From: Promethearchaeota archaeon
GTDB lineage: Archaea; Asgardarchaeota; Lokiarchaeia; Sigyniarchaeales; SOKP01
Direction of reading: 5' to 3'
Length of the DNA: 64,000 nt
Assembly (NCBI GenBank): GCA_048938895.1
Contig: JBHLLU010000009.1
Span: 1 to 64,000, forward strand
This document shows positions 1-8,925 of the stretch, one piece after another; the stretch's first letter is position 1, and each line of letters begins with the position of its first letter. A program made the position numbers and the translations under genes. The notes under the pieces are model-generated. The model was not told where the DNA came from and ran no database searches. It saw only the letters and a program-made list of their open reading frames with translations.

Positions 1-353
1 CCTTCTATAATTGGTTTGTTCATACCACTTAAACTAGGTGTGGGGCTTTCAAATTCGATTGGAATTCCTACTTCCGGCTCTTTAGTTGTTTCATGTATTT
101 TTATGGGATTTAAACCTGTGTCTATCTCCTCTATTTTTGTTGATGCATCAAAACTAGAAAATGAAGACTCTTTCATATTGGATATTTCTTGGGGGATATA
201 TGTATGATCCTCAATATCTGAAATTTTACTTCTTAACGTTGAATTTTCAAGTTCAAGATCGTTAATTCTTTTTATTAACGCTTCTCTTTCACTCTTCAAT
301 TGTTCTATTATCTTTTCATAATCTTCATGGGTAGGATGTTTTGTTTCAGTCAT
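1..353 (-). CDS. Hypothetical protein with N-terminal coiled coil, partial (runs off the window start)
   Basis: Manual translation from ATG at 353: MTETKHPTHEDYEKIIEQLKSEREALIKRINDLELENSTLRSKISDIE..., open to position 1 with a heptad Leu pattern. Not in the ORF track because it is truncated. Confidence 0.7.
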   Translation of the reverse strand, partial: MTETKHPTHEDYEKIIEQLKSEREALIKRINDLELENSTLRSKISDIEDHTYIPQEISNMKESSFSSFDASTKIEEIDTGLNPIKIHETTKEPEVGIPIEFESPTPSLSGMNKPIIE

Positions 354-550
354 TTCTATTAACTCCGTAGTAATTCAATTACTTTTTATACTTTAAAAAT
401 AGTATATTTCTTTAACAGAATAATAAAGTTCTAATTAAAAAACTTAAGGATATCGATAGGTCGGAAATCGAACTTCCTCCTACAAAAGAAGATTTTTTAA
501 CTTCAAATGTTTTATTTCTATATTATAGGATTTTCTGGTGAGCGAATGGT

Positions 551-1378
551 ATGAAATTATATAAAATAAATAATAGAGGAGAATTAATTCAATTAGACAA
601 ACTGAACTTTGATGAAAATGATGTTTATCTTGTTGATGATGAACAAAAAAACACGATCTACATCTGGGTTGGTTTAAAAGTACGACAAGAAACAAAGGAT
701 ATTACAGCAGAAATAGCACGGCGATTAGATAAAGACCGTGGGGGCTCAACAAAGATCCTTATCATGAAAGAGAAACGTGAATATGGATCATTCTTAGCAA
801 TGATGCATAATTTAGAAAAAGGTTTAATCCCGGGAGTTTCAATTGAAAGAAGACCAGAATTCGTATTTGAAGTCTCTCCTGAGAAAATAGAGTCTGTAAA
901 ACTAGATGGGACTCCAGAGGAGCGAAAAATTACTGTTGAAGAAAGAATTGTTGAATGGTTTAAACAAATTAAAGACTATAGGAAAGAAGTGCCAAAAGAA
1001 GAAGTTAAACCGGTTAAATTTATAAAAATTGAAAAAGCTCCGATCCAACAACAATTAATTGTTACTACTAAAGCTGAAGAACCTAAACCACAGGAGGAGG
1101 TAGTTGAAGAAGAAGTAGACTTTGAAACACAAATTAGGGAAGCAGCATATTTCCTTTCTTTGAACAAATATTCCTACAACGATTTATGTTGGATGTTAGC
1201 AGAAAAAATTCAGAAAATGAGCCTTGAGATGCCCTCTATTGAAGATATAAAGCGCAAAGCTGAGGAAGTCTTTCGGTCATCATGTAGTTATGATGAATTA
1301 TGTTGGTTAAATGCTGAATTGGATCTTTTAATTAAAAAAAGTTACCTACCAGAAAAAAAGGAAAAAAGCTATTTTTAG
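551..1378 (+). CDS. Gelsolin-domain protein with C-terminal tandem helical (DUF2934-like) repeats
   Basis: N-terminus FDENDVYLVDD..TIYIWVG..ARRLD..E..SF is a gelsolin-repeat signature. C-terminus has two IRxAAY/IKxKAE...LCWxxAE repeats. SD GGTGAG upstream. Confidence 0.8.
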   Translation: MKLYKINNRGELIQLDKLNFDENDVYLVDDEQKNTIYIWVGLKVRQETKDITAEIARRLDKDRGGSTKILIMKEKREYGSFLAMMHNLEKGLIPGVSIERRPEFVFEVSPEKIESVKLDGTPEERKITVEERIVEWFKQIKDYRKEVPKEEVKPVKFIKIEKAPIQQQLIVTTKAEEPKPQEEVVEEEVDFETQIREAAYFLSLNKYSYNDLCWMLAEKIQKMSLEMPSIEDIKRKAEEVFRSSCSYDELCWLNAELDLLIKKSYLPEKKEKSYF

Positions 1379-1483
1379 GATTATAATGTAATTATCTTCT
1401 TAATAAATAAGATAATATTTATAAAAAATTGGAGAAAATATAATTTAAGCCAAAAAAATAAAATTTTATTAGGGTATGTCTTT

Positions 1484-3694
1484 TTGTATTTTCGCCGTAA
1501 TTTAAGGCAAAAATGTAGGATAATAATAATCATAACTTTTATTTTAGGGGCGTTTGTTTGTATACGTTCGCTACTTAATCCAGTTTTACAAAGTGAAAAT
1601 GATCAAAACTTTAAGAACCTGAAAAATAGTTCGCAAGAGATTAATATAACTTCTCCCGAAAATATTACATATTATAAACCTATGAGCGGATTTTTTCCCG
1701 CGACATATGGATTTGAGAATGATGAGGTTGGTACTATACCAGAAGAATGGGATGATTATAAAGAAGATTCCCTTATGATTAATGAAATAATTAATGAATT
1801 AGATGGTCATAAGAAAGTCATTCATATGGATAAAGGAGATACTTTTGGTATTAATAACAATTTGTGTCAAAATTTTAGCTCTGTACAACAATATGGAACT
1901 ATTGAATTTTGGGCAAGGACTACCGATGTCAATCAGGAAAGTTCATGGCATATGAAAAGCGGTACTTTCAATCAATATTCAATCGCAGGTATAAGGATTA
2001 TGGAAAGTAATTTCCAAATTAAAAATACTACCACAACTTGGTATCCTGTGTCTTATACTGCATATAATAATCATTGGTATCATATAAAAATCCAATTTGA
2101 GTGTGGGACTGGAAATCATTATGGATTAACTCAGTATAATTGGAGACTTTTTATTAATAATAACCAATTCGGGGATTTCAATATGATTTCATCACAATCA
2201 AATGTTTCACATTTTTTAATCCATCAAAATTGGCGATATTATAATTTTGAAATGTATACAGATGCAATTGGGTATTCTTGGGATCCTAATTATAATGTGG
2301 GAGACAATATGGATGAAGGATTGTTATTAAGTTTTGAACAAAAGACTGCTTTAGATTGGATTGGTTATTCTCTGGATGAACAATCCAACAAGACAATAAT
2401 AGGAAATACTACTCTTCCAATGCCTTCAAATGGCTATCATAATGTTCAAATTTTTGGCAATAATACCATTGGTGAACTATTTGAATCTGGTAAAACCCAT
2501 TTTTCAGTTGAATATGTAACCATTAATCTACTCACTCCAGAAAATACAACATATACTGAACCGATGAGAGGTTATTATCCAGCTACATACGGATTTGAGA
2601 ATGATAAAGATGGAACAATACCACAGGAATGGAATTATCGACTGACAATACCTCCACAGGACTCATATATTAAAGTAATATCCTCATTAGATGGGCATAA
2701 TAAGGTTGTTGATTTGAATAAGGGAGACACTTTCGGTAATCATTTACATTTTTATCATTATTTTTCAGCTCAAACCCACGGAACAATCGAATTCTGGTTA
2801 AGGACAACGGATGTAAATGAAGGTTCAGTCTTTAGTATTATGGAAGGAAACACTACGGCGGGAGGAATTTCTATAGGAGCTGATTTTTTTGACTCATACT
2901 TTTCGATTTACACTATAGGTGGTTGGCAATCAATATCTCATTCTGCGGTTAACGATAAATGGTATCATATATCCTTTCAATTTGAATGTGGGACAGGGAA
3001 TCATTATGGATTGGATCAGAATTATTTTAAAGTCTATATTGATGGAATCAAATATGGGGATTATAAATTTTCCAATGTGGTACCAAATGTAAATAGATCA
3101 TATTTCCTTCAAAATTGGAGGTATGATAATTATCACACATATATTGACGCTATAGGATATTCCTGGGATCCAAATTATGATATTGGAAATAATTTGAATG
3201 AAGGTCTTTTACTTACTTTTACTAATTCCTCAACTTTAGATTGGATAGGATATTCCTTAAATAATCAAGTGAATCAGACTATTATAGGAAACCAAGTTAT
3301 TCCAATGCCTGAAAAGGGATTTTATAAAATACAAATACATGGTATATCTACTTCTGGGCATTATTATTCATCAAATTTAGTATATTTCACAATTGATACA
3401 AGGGAAAAATCTCAAAATGGTGTAAATAATATTTTCATACTTATTTTCATTGTATTTGGTATTTTTTCATTAGTAGGACTAATTATGGTTATTGTTGTTT
3501 ATAAAAAGGTACATACCTCATTAAGAGAACCTATCCATTTAAAACCGAAAGTTAAAAAAATAAAACCCGAGAAGAGGGGTATTATAGAAGAGGAACTATT
3601 TTGCCCATTTTGCAATGCACCCATTACATATCAACAGAAATTTTGTAAGTATTGTGGTAGTAACTTAAAAAAAGGTGAAGAACCGGATATCTAG
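1484..3694 (+). CDS. Cell-surface single-pass membrane protein with two tandem beta-sandwich (lectin/LamG-like) modules and a C-terminal zinc ribbon
   Basis: N-terminal hydrophobic segment. Internal duplication (PATYGFEND...GTIEFW.RTTDVN...FECGTGNHYGL...DAIGYSWDPNY, twice). TM helix near aa 652-675, then CPFC..CKYC. Confidence 0.75.
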   Translation: MYFRRNLRQKCRIIIIITFILGAFVCIRSLLNPVLQSENDQNFKNLKNSSQEINITSPENITYYKPMSGFFPATYGFENDEVGTIPEEWDDYKEDSLMINEIINELDGHKKVIHMDKGDTFGINNNLCQNFSSVQQYGTIEFWARTTDVNQESSWHMKSGTFNQYSIAGIRIMESNFQIKNTTTTWYPVSYTAYNNHWYHIKIQFECGTGNHYGLTQYNWRLFINNNQFGDFNMISSQSNVSHFLIHQNWRYYNFEMYTDAIGYSWDPNYNVGDNMDEGLLLSFEQKTALDWIGYSLDEQSNKTIIGNTTLPMPSNGYHNVQIFGNNTIGELFESGKTHFSVEYVTINLLTPENTTYTEPMRGYYPATYGFENDKDGTIPQEWNYRLTIPPQDSYIKVISSLDGHNKVVDLNKGDTFGNHLHFYHYFSAQTHGTIEFWLRTTDVNEGSVFSIMEGNTTAGGISIGADFFDSYFSIYTIGGWQSISHSAVNDKWYHISFQFECGTGNHYGLDQNYFKVYIDGIKYGDYKFSNVVPNVNRSYFLQNWRYDNYHTYIDAIGYSWDPNYDIGNNLNEGLLLTFTNSSTLDWIGYSLNNQVNQTIIGNQVIPMPEKGFYKIQIHGISTSGHYYSSNLVYFTIDTREKSQNGVNNIFILIFIVFGIFSLVGLIMVIVVYKKVHTSLREPIHLKPKVKKIKPEKRGIIEEELFCPFCNAPITYQQKFCKYCGSNLKKGEEPDI

Positions 3695-3727
3695 ATTCAG
3701 ATAAAGGATACAAATTAATTTAATTTT

Positions 3728-4033
3728 TTAACCACAACAGGTATTACCTTGAGGATTTTTAGAACGGGCGCGAGCATCCCACAAACAACCGCATCCTTTA
3801 CGTTCTTGGAGGATTATGGCCATTGCAGGACAGTTTCTTTTACAAGCACTACATTCAGTACATCTCTCAACATCTATAATCTTGAATTTTCCATTATTAG
3901 TTGATTGTGGAATCCCAAATGGGCAAACTTCTGCACAGACACCACACCCTGTGCATAATTCTTGGTCAATGGAAATTTTAGGTAAATTTATTGTTATATT
4001 TATTGAAGCTGGTTTTAAGACGATACTTGCCAC
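3728..4033 (-). CDS. HgcB-like 2x[4Fe-4S] ferredoxin with a Cys-rich tail
   Basis: CTGCGVCAEVCP and CTECSACKRNCP motifs, then GCGC and terminal TCCG. Lies directly downstream of the hgcA-like gene. True start may be ATC at 4024 after SD AGGAGGTG. Confidence 0.85.
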   Translation of the reverse strand: MASIVLKPASINITINLPKISIDQELCTGCGVCAEVCPFGIPQSTNNGKFKIIDVERCTECSACKRNCPAMAIILQERKGCGCLWDARARSKNPQGNTCCG

Positions 4034-4095
4034 CTCCTAATTTTCAAATCTCTAATTAAATAATGTTTTTTATTATATATATGCTATCCTATTAT

Positions 4096-5775
4096 TTAGA
4101 ATAAGATAAATCCTATACCTGCACAAATCAAACCTATGACTAATAATGGTAGATTAATTTTTATGAAAGTTGGATATTCTTCCTGAATTTCAGCAGGACT
4201 TGTTGCCATTGAATATCCACTAAAACTCATTGTAAAGAAGAAAGCAAGCCAGAAATAGAATACGATATTCCATAAACTTACTAATAGTGAATCATGGATA
4301 AACCATGTTAAACTTCCTAAAATAACTATATTCAGTATTCCATATATTAATCCTTTTTTAATAAAACACCGCGTGAAGTTAGTTAACGGAAACAAGAAGG
4401 CAATTAAAGCATTTGTAAGAATTATCCAAAGCCAAATCTCACCAACTCTCCAAAATTTATCAAGCCAAAAGGGATTTAAGAAACTGACACATAGGAGGAG
4501 TAATAATACTCCGAGAGTTGGCTTAAGAAAGATTTTTCGTAATAGAAATGTAGTATGAGTCATGAATGCTCGTAATCGATGTGAAATTGTAAATTTTGCA
4601 AGCTTCCATTTATCTGGTTTTTTTGCTGGACGCTCTTCTATATATTGGGGTAAAAATTTTGCCCACACAGGTCCATAGAGGATGTTAAAAGGGAAGTTTG
4701 GAGATTCACTTTTAATTAAAGGGGCAGCAACACCCCCTGCTGAGAGTTGGGGCAAAATAAGTGTCTTTCTAGTTGTTCTATCACTAATTCCCGTAGCCTC
4801 GATAGCTTCGATAAGTTGTTTATTCCCAAAATTGTCTCCACGTGCCGCACACCATACATTGATACCTTTTGAATCTACACATAACACCCAAGCATCCATT
4901 CCTTTAAGTGCTCGCATAACCCTTATGTATGTATAAGAATAATTTGCTGTTACTATTATTGGAGACTTATCATCTGGATTTCCAGATTGATAGATTCCTG
5001 GTTCAATGGGAACATGATCGATTTGCCCTGTAAAAATACATCTATAGATCTGCATTTGACTTCTAAATCCTTTGAATTTTCTTGAGGGTGGTCGATAATA
5101 TCCCGGTCCATCCCAACCTAATATATCGAATTTTTCTAATTCAAGAGCTCTTATTGAACCATGTCTCCATTCTTTTTCATTAGAGATCTTGAATCCAATA
5201 GACTCTATGTAGTTAAAAAACCATTTCACAAGAGATGTGGGTGGTAATCGTAATCTTCTTAATTTTTTCTTATACCACCATCGCTTTATTTTAAATACAA
5301 TTTTCCAAAATCCTGAAGGTAGAAATTCGGCACCAATAATTACCTTCCCTTTTGGTTTTAAAATTTTCCAAGCATTTCTAAGGAAGATTTGTTGTTCTAA
5401 TGGCCCGAGTTCCGAAAGCATGAAAGTACTCACAATATAATCCTTAGACTCTTCTTCAGCAGGTAATTCTCTGATCGATCCAATTTGATAAATTAATTTT
5501 ATATCCTTCTCTTTCGGATAATTTTTCATAGCATTGTTAATCATTAGAAAATTCTTATCGATTGCTAAAACATCATTTCCTTTTAGTGCTAAATTAGCAG
5601 CTAGTGTCCCTGTACCACAACCAACCTCTAGTATAGATTTTGACGTTCCAATTCTTTCACTAATCCATTCTTTGACTCTTTGATTAACACCCTTGGTTAA
5701 CGCAGTGAATTTTTCATCATATGACTCTGGTTCTTGTTCTAACTTTCTCATAAAGGTTACAGCGATTTTGATCAC
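4096..5775 (-). CDS. Class I SAM methyltransferase fused to an HgcA-like corrinoid-binding membrane protein
   Basis: ILEVGCGTG motif I (MTase about aa 1-215). Then IEPGIY.SGNPDDKSPIIVTANY...GINVWCAARGDNFG...LILPQLSAGGV...YGPVWA (HgcA/CdhE-type corrinoid domain) and about 5 TM helices ending MSFSGYSMATS. Confidence 0.85.
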   Translation of the reverse strand: MIKIAVTFMRKLEQEPESYDEKFTALTKGVNQRVKEWISERIGTSKSILEVGCGTGTLAANLALKGNDVLAIDKNFLMINNAMKNYPKEKDIKLIYQIGSIRELPAEEESKDYIVSTFMLSELGPLEQQIFLRNAWKILKPKGKVIIGAEFLPSGFWKIVFKIKRWWYKKKLRRLRLPPTSLVKWFFNYIESIGFKISNEKEWRHGSIRALELEKFDILGWDGPGYYRPPSRKFKGFRSQMQIYRCIFTGQIDHVPIEPGIYQSGNPDDKSPIIVTANYSYTYIRVMRALKGMDAWVLCVDSKGINVWCAARGDNFGNKQLIEAIEATGISDRTTRKTLILPQLSAGGVAAPLIKSESPNFPFNILYGPVWAKFLPQYIEERPAKKPDKWKLAKFTISHRLRAFMTHTTFLLRKIFLKPTLGVLLLLLCVSFLNPFWLDKFWRVGEIWLWIILTNALIAFLFPLTNFTRCFIKKGLIYGILNIVILGSLTWFIHDSLLVSLWNIVFYFWLAFFFTMSFSGYSMATSPAEIQEEYPTFIKINLPLLVIGLICAGIGFILF

Positions 5776-5936
5776 TTCCTTTTGTGTTAAAATATGAAAA
5801 CAGTCTGAAATGAGTAATATTCAATATCTCTTATTATTTTCCAGATCATCATTTAATAAGATAATTTCTAATAAAAATTGGACTCCTTATATTTTATAAT
5901 GTGTCTTATATATAAAAGATGTAGAATTCTAATAAA

Positions 5937-6548
5937 TTGCAAAATTTTCAAGAAAAGGGATTCAAAATGAGTGAAGATATAAGTGATGAGAAATTTTGGA
6001 AAGATAAACTTCTAAAACATAAATGGACTCTCATTGCAGTGATAATTGCAGGAATATGTGCTTTTATTGGTGTAATATTAGTATTTATTTGGGTAATAGA
6101 AGCTAATCCTTTTGTTGATCCACGTACCGGTACATTTAACTCTTGGACACTGAATTATGTCGTTGGAATGATAATACTTATGATTCTTTGGGAGCTAATA
6201 TTTGTTGGAGTACCCACTGCTTTATTTTTTGGTGTTGGAGGATATTTGTGGTGGAGGCGATTACCTGAAGATGAAAAACAAGAATTTAAAGATCGAGAAA
6301 AGAAAGAGAAATCTCGTAAAGCACAAAAATATGGCGGTGGTAGTGGTGGTTTCGGTTTCATTATGTTTATTGCATATTGTATTTATATTGCAGTAGATGG
6401 GAATTATAATGCAACCTTTGGCTCTCGACCTTTTACTTATTGGCTATATTCTTACATGTTAACATTTATGTGGATTGTAATAGTCCTCGGCGTACCTGCT
6501 TTGATCATTTTCTTAATCTGGTATTTAACAAAAGGCAGAAAGAAATAA
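5937..6548 (+). CDS. Hypothetical membrane protein (about 4 TM); likely start ATG at 5967
   Basis: Four hydrophobic segments with a charged loop. Divergent from the MTase-HgcA-like operon. Confidence 0.7.
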   Translation: MQNFQEKGFKMSEDISDEKFWKDKLLKHKWTLIAVIIAGICAFIGVILVFIWVIEANPFVDPRTGTFNSWTLNYVVGMIILMILWELIFVGVPTALFFGVGGYLWWRRLPEDEKQEFKDREKKEKSRKAQKYGGGSGGFGFIMFIAYCIYIAVDGNYNATFGSRPFTYWLYSYMLTFMWIVIVLGVPALIIFLIWYLTKGRKK

Positions 6549-6575
6549 GAAATTTAAAAAAACATTACTTTTTTT

Positions 6576-8825
6576 TTATCTTTTCGGTTGAAATATCTTT
6601 TTCTCTATTAATTTAAGAACTGTTTCAGCATCCCTTATTTGAAAGCCCTTTCTAGCGTAGAGTAAATAGGAAAGGAAGAAATAATCTGTTTTTCTCATTT
6701 TCATCACTTCTTCGGCTCTAGTGATTAAAGCTTTCTCATCAGAGGAGACTTTTACATCCTGAGGTTTTAGTTCTAATGGGTAAAGTAATGAAGTCTCTAA
6801 GTGTTTATCGAGTAAATCTTTGATATCTTGAAATTTCGAAGTATTTCCTTTAAAGTTAGCTAAATCATCACCATGTATTTCATCAATGTCATAGGACAAA
6901 AATTTTATGGAATCTAAAAAGTCCTGAGAAGGATTTTCCTTCATTATAAGTAAAATTCTAAAATCTTTAAACTCAGACATAATAATTTTTGATTGTTGAT
7001 ATTCGAGCTTTATTGTTTGAGATTGTTGATTAGCATCTGTTAATTCTATACCAAAATTTCGAATTGCTTCTAAAAACCCTGTAATAAGGGAAGCATCAAT
7101 GTCTTTTCCTGCAAGCATCTCTTCATAAATATTTAGCCCTGTTCTTTTTTCAATGATGATGAAATAATCCAAGTTTAAAACATCCATGTATTTATTGTAA
7201 ATTCTTTTTCTATGCTCTTGATGTACTCGTTTAGATCTTTTAACAAGTTTATAAGTTGTGAAGCTAGCACTTGCTAAAATAATTGAACCTACGACTATTA
7301 TCATAATATAGAGTGGATCTAATACAAAAGGTACATTAATTTGGAAAGATTTGGATATAATTCCTGCTTCTTCACCATTAAACCAATAAATATAAGCCCA
7401 ATATATTCCTTCATTTGGATTAGCAGATAATTCATATGAAAGCACAATTTCAGTCGTAGTTGTAGAGGTGATTTCTATATTCTCCCTATATTCCTCAAAC
7501 CCTAATGAGTTTATTAATATATAAGTGAGATTCCCCGGATTAATTGGTGGTAAAACAGAGAATAATAAATCTTGGTTTGGTTCAAATTTAGTTTTTGGAG
7601 TATTCAAGGACATAGCTATATTTGGGGAGTTACAAGAAATTTCCCACAAAGCACCATCAACTATAACATCATTCAGAAACAATAAGTAATCATCTAAAGT
7701 GTTAATTGTAATATTTGAAGTAATATCCAATCCATTTCTCCTTACTGTAAAATTATACCATGAACTAGGATAACTAAATTTTACTGTGTAATTTTCACAA
7801 ATCACATTTAAATCAGGTCTAAGTGTCCATCTATTTTCTGTATTAGGCTTTAGTTTAGCTTCTCCATCGGTAAAGAAATTATTGAACAAGCCAATATGAT
7901 AACTTAAGTTGAAAATTAAACCAATAGAAAGATTATTACCAATGTTAACAGTAAAGCTAGTAGCATTTGGTGCAATTATTTCATTAATTGTAAGGCTTCC
8001 TGTTCCATCCTCAGGTCCATCCACGATTGGATAAGTGGATCCATTAAATTGAGCCGTCATATTTATCTTTTCAGGATTGAATGATTTATTAACTCGTTGT
8101 ATTAACTTATATAATAGTGGTTTACCAACATCATCTAGTTCCCAAATATCATCATAAACTGCGGTATGTAGACTAGTATGAATAGATCCACTCCCGTTAT
8201 ATATCCAATTATAGGTTGATCTATCAGTAGGGAGAACTAATTCCGTACCATTTAATACTAAATAATAACTTCCTGTTGTAAGAGAGACTTCCTCCTCAAA
8301 CATCTGTAAATGCCACCCGGGAGAGGATATATTTATTAAGGTTGAAGTAAGTATGTTTTCATCAGGTATATCATTACCTATATCATATCCTTGTATTTGC
8401 ATATACACTGGTAAGACAGGAGTTCCTGTTATGTAGCCATAAATGTAAACACCAAAAATAATTGTTGGTTCAGTTATACTAATCTCTACTCCATACCCTA
8501 ATTTTCCTTTTGCATCTACAATGTCAATAGATTTCCCACGATCTTCGATCGTTTTAGTTTCTTCCCCTAATTTAATATCAGTGATGTTCATCTCTATATT
8601 TTGAATATTCCAAGTCTCTGTAGGTACTGATATGTCAATTGTACTTACGCTAGTGCTGTTTCCGATGTCTTCCGTAAATTCTGTCATTTGAAATTTGGAG
8701 GTTAGAGGTATAATCTTCTCATTACCTTGAGCATAAGATAAATCAATAAACTGATTAATACTAAAAATCAAAACTGAAACAAATAAAATGCTAAATGTCA
8801 GAAAAAAATGATTTTTATTTTTCAT
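6576..8825 (-). CDS. Single-pass membrane protein with large extracellular beta-rich region and cytoplasmic longin-like domain
   Basis: Signal peptide and TM near aa 503-525. Cytoplasmic IIIEKRTGLNIY...LITGFLEAIRNFGIE...F.GNTSKF pattern. Paralog of the adjacent ORF. Confidence 0.7.
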   Translation of the reverse strand: MKNKNHFFLTFSILFVSVLIFSINQFIDLSYAQGNEKIIPLTSKFQMTEFTEDIGNSTSVSTIDISVPTETWNIQNIEMNITDIKLGEETKTIEDRGKSIDIVDAKGKLGYGVEISITEPTIIFGVYIYGYITGTPVLPVYMQIQGYDIGNDIPDENILTSTLINISSPGWHLQMFEEEVSLTTGSYYLVLNGTELVLPTDRSTYNWIYNGSGSIHTSLHTAVYDDIWELDDVGKPLLYKLIQRVNKSFNPEKINMTAQFNGSTYPIVDGPEDGTGSLTINEIIAPNATSFTVNIGNNLSIGLIFNLSYHIGLFNNFFTDGEAKLKPNTENRWTLRPDLNVICENYTVKFSYPSSWYNFTVRRNGLDITSNITINTLDDYLLFLNDVIVDGALWEISCNSPNIAMSLNTPKTKFEPNQDLLFSVLPPINPGNLTYILINSLGFEEYRENIEITSTTTTEIVLSYELSANPNEGIYWAYIYWFNGEEAGIISKSFQINVPFVLDPLYIMIIVVGSIILASASFTTYKLVKRSKRVHQEHRKRIYNKYMDVLNLDYFIIIEKRTGLNIYEEMLAGKDIDASLITGFLEAIRNFGIELTDANQQSQTIKLEYQQSKIIMSEFKDFRILLIMKENPSQDFLDSIKFLSYDIDEIHGDDLANFKGNTSKFQDIKDLLDKHLETSLLYPLELKPQDVKVSSDEKALITRAEEVMKMRKTDYFFLSYLLYARKGFQIRDAETVLKLIEKKIFQPKR

Positions 8826-8925
8826 TAAATCCTTAATGATAATTTGAAAATTTAAATGTGATTCATTTAAGTTATATTGTGTCCTCTTAGGGAATATCTA
8901 GGATTTTATATACAAAAATAGGAGG

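Noticed and set aside
16-207. 63-aa plus-strand ORF
   Set aside because: It is the antisense shadow of the longer minus-strand ORF starting at 353.
4096-5775. Calling this a bona fide mercury methylase (hgcA) or a selenocysteine variant
   Set aside because: The cap helix is NVWCAARG rather than N(V/I)WCA(A/G)GK and the architecture is non-canonical, so the function is unproven. The Cys codon is TGT, not TGA.
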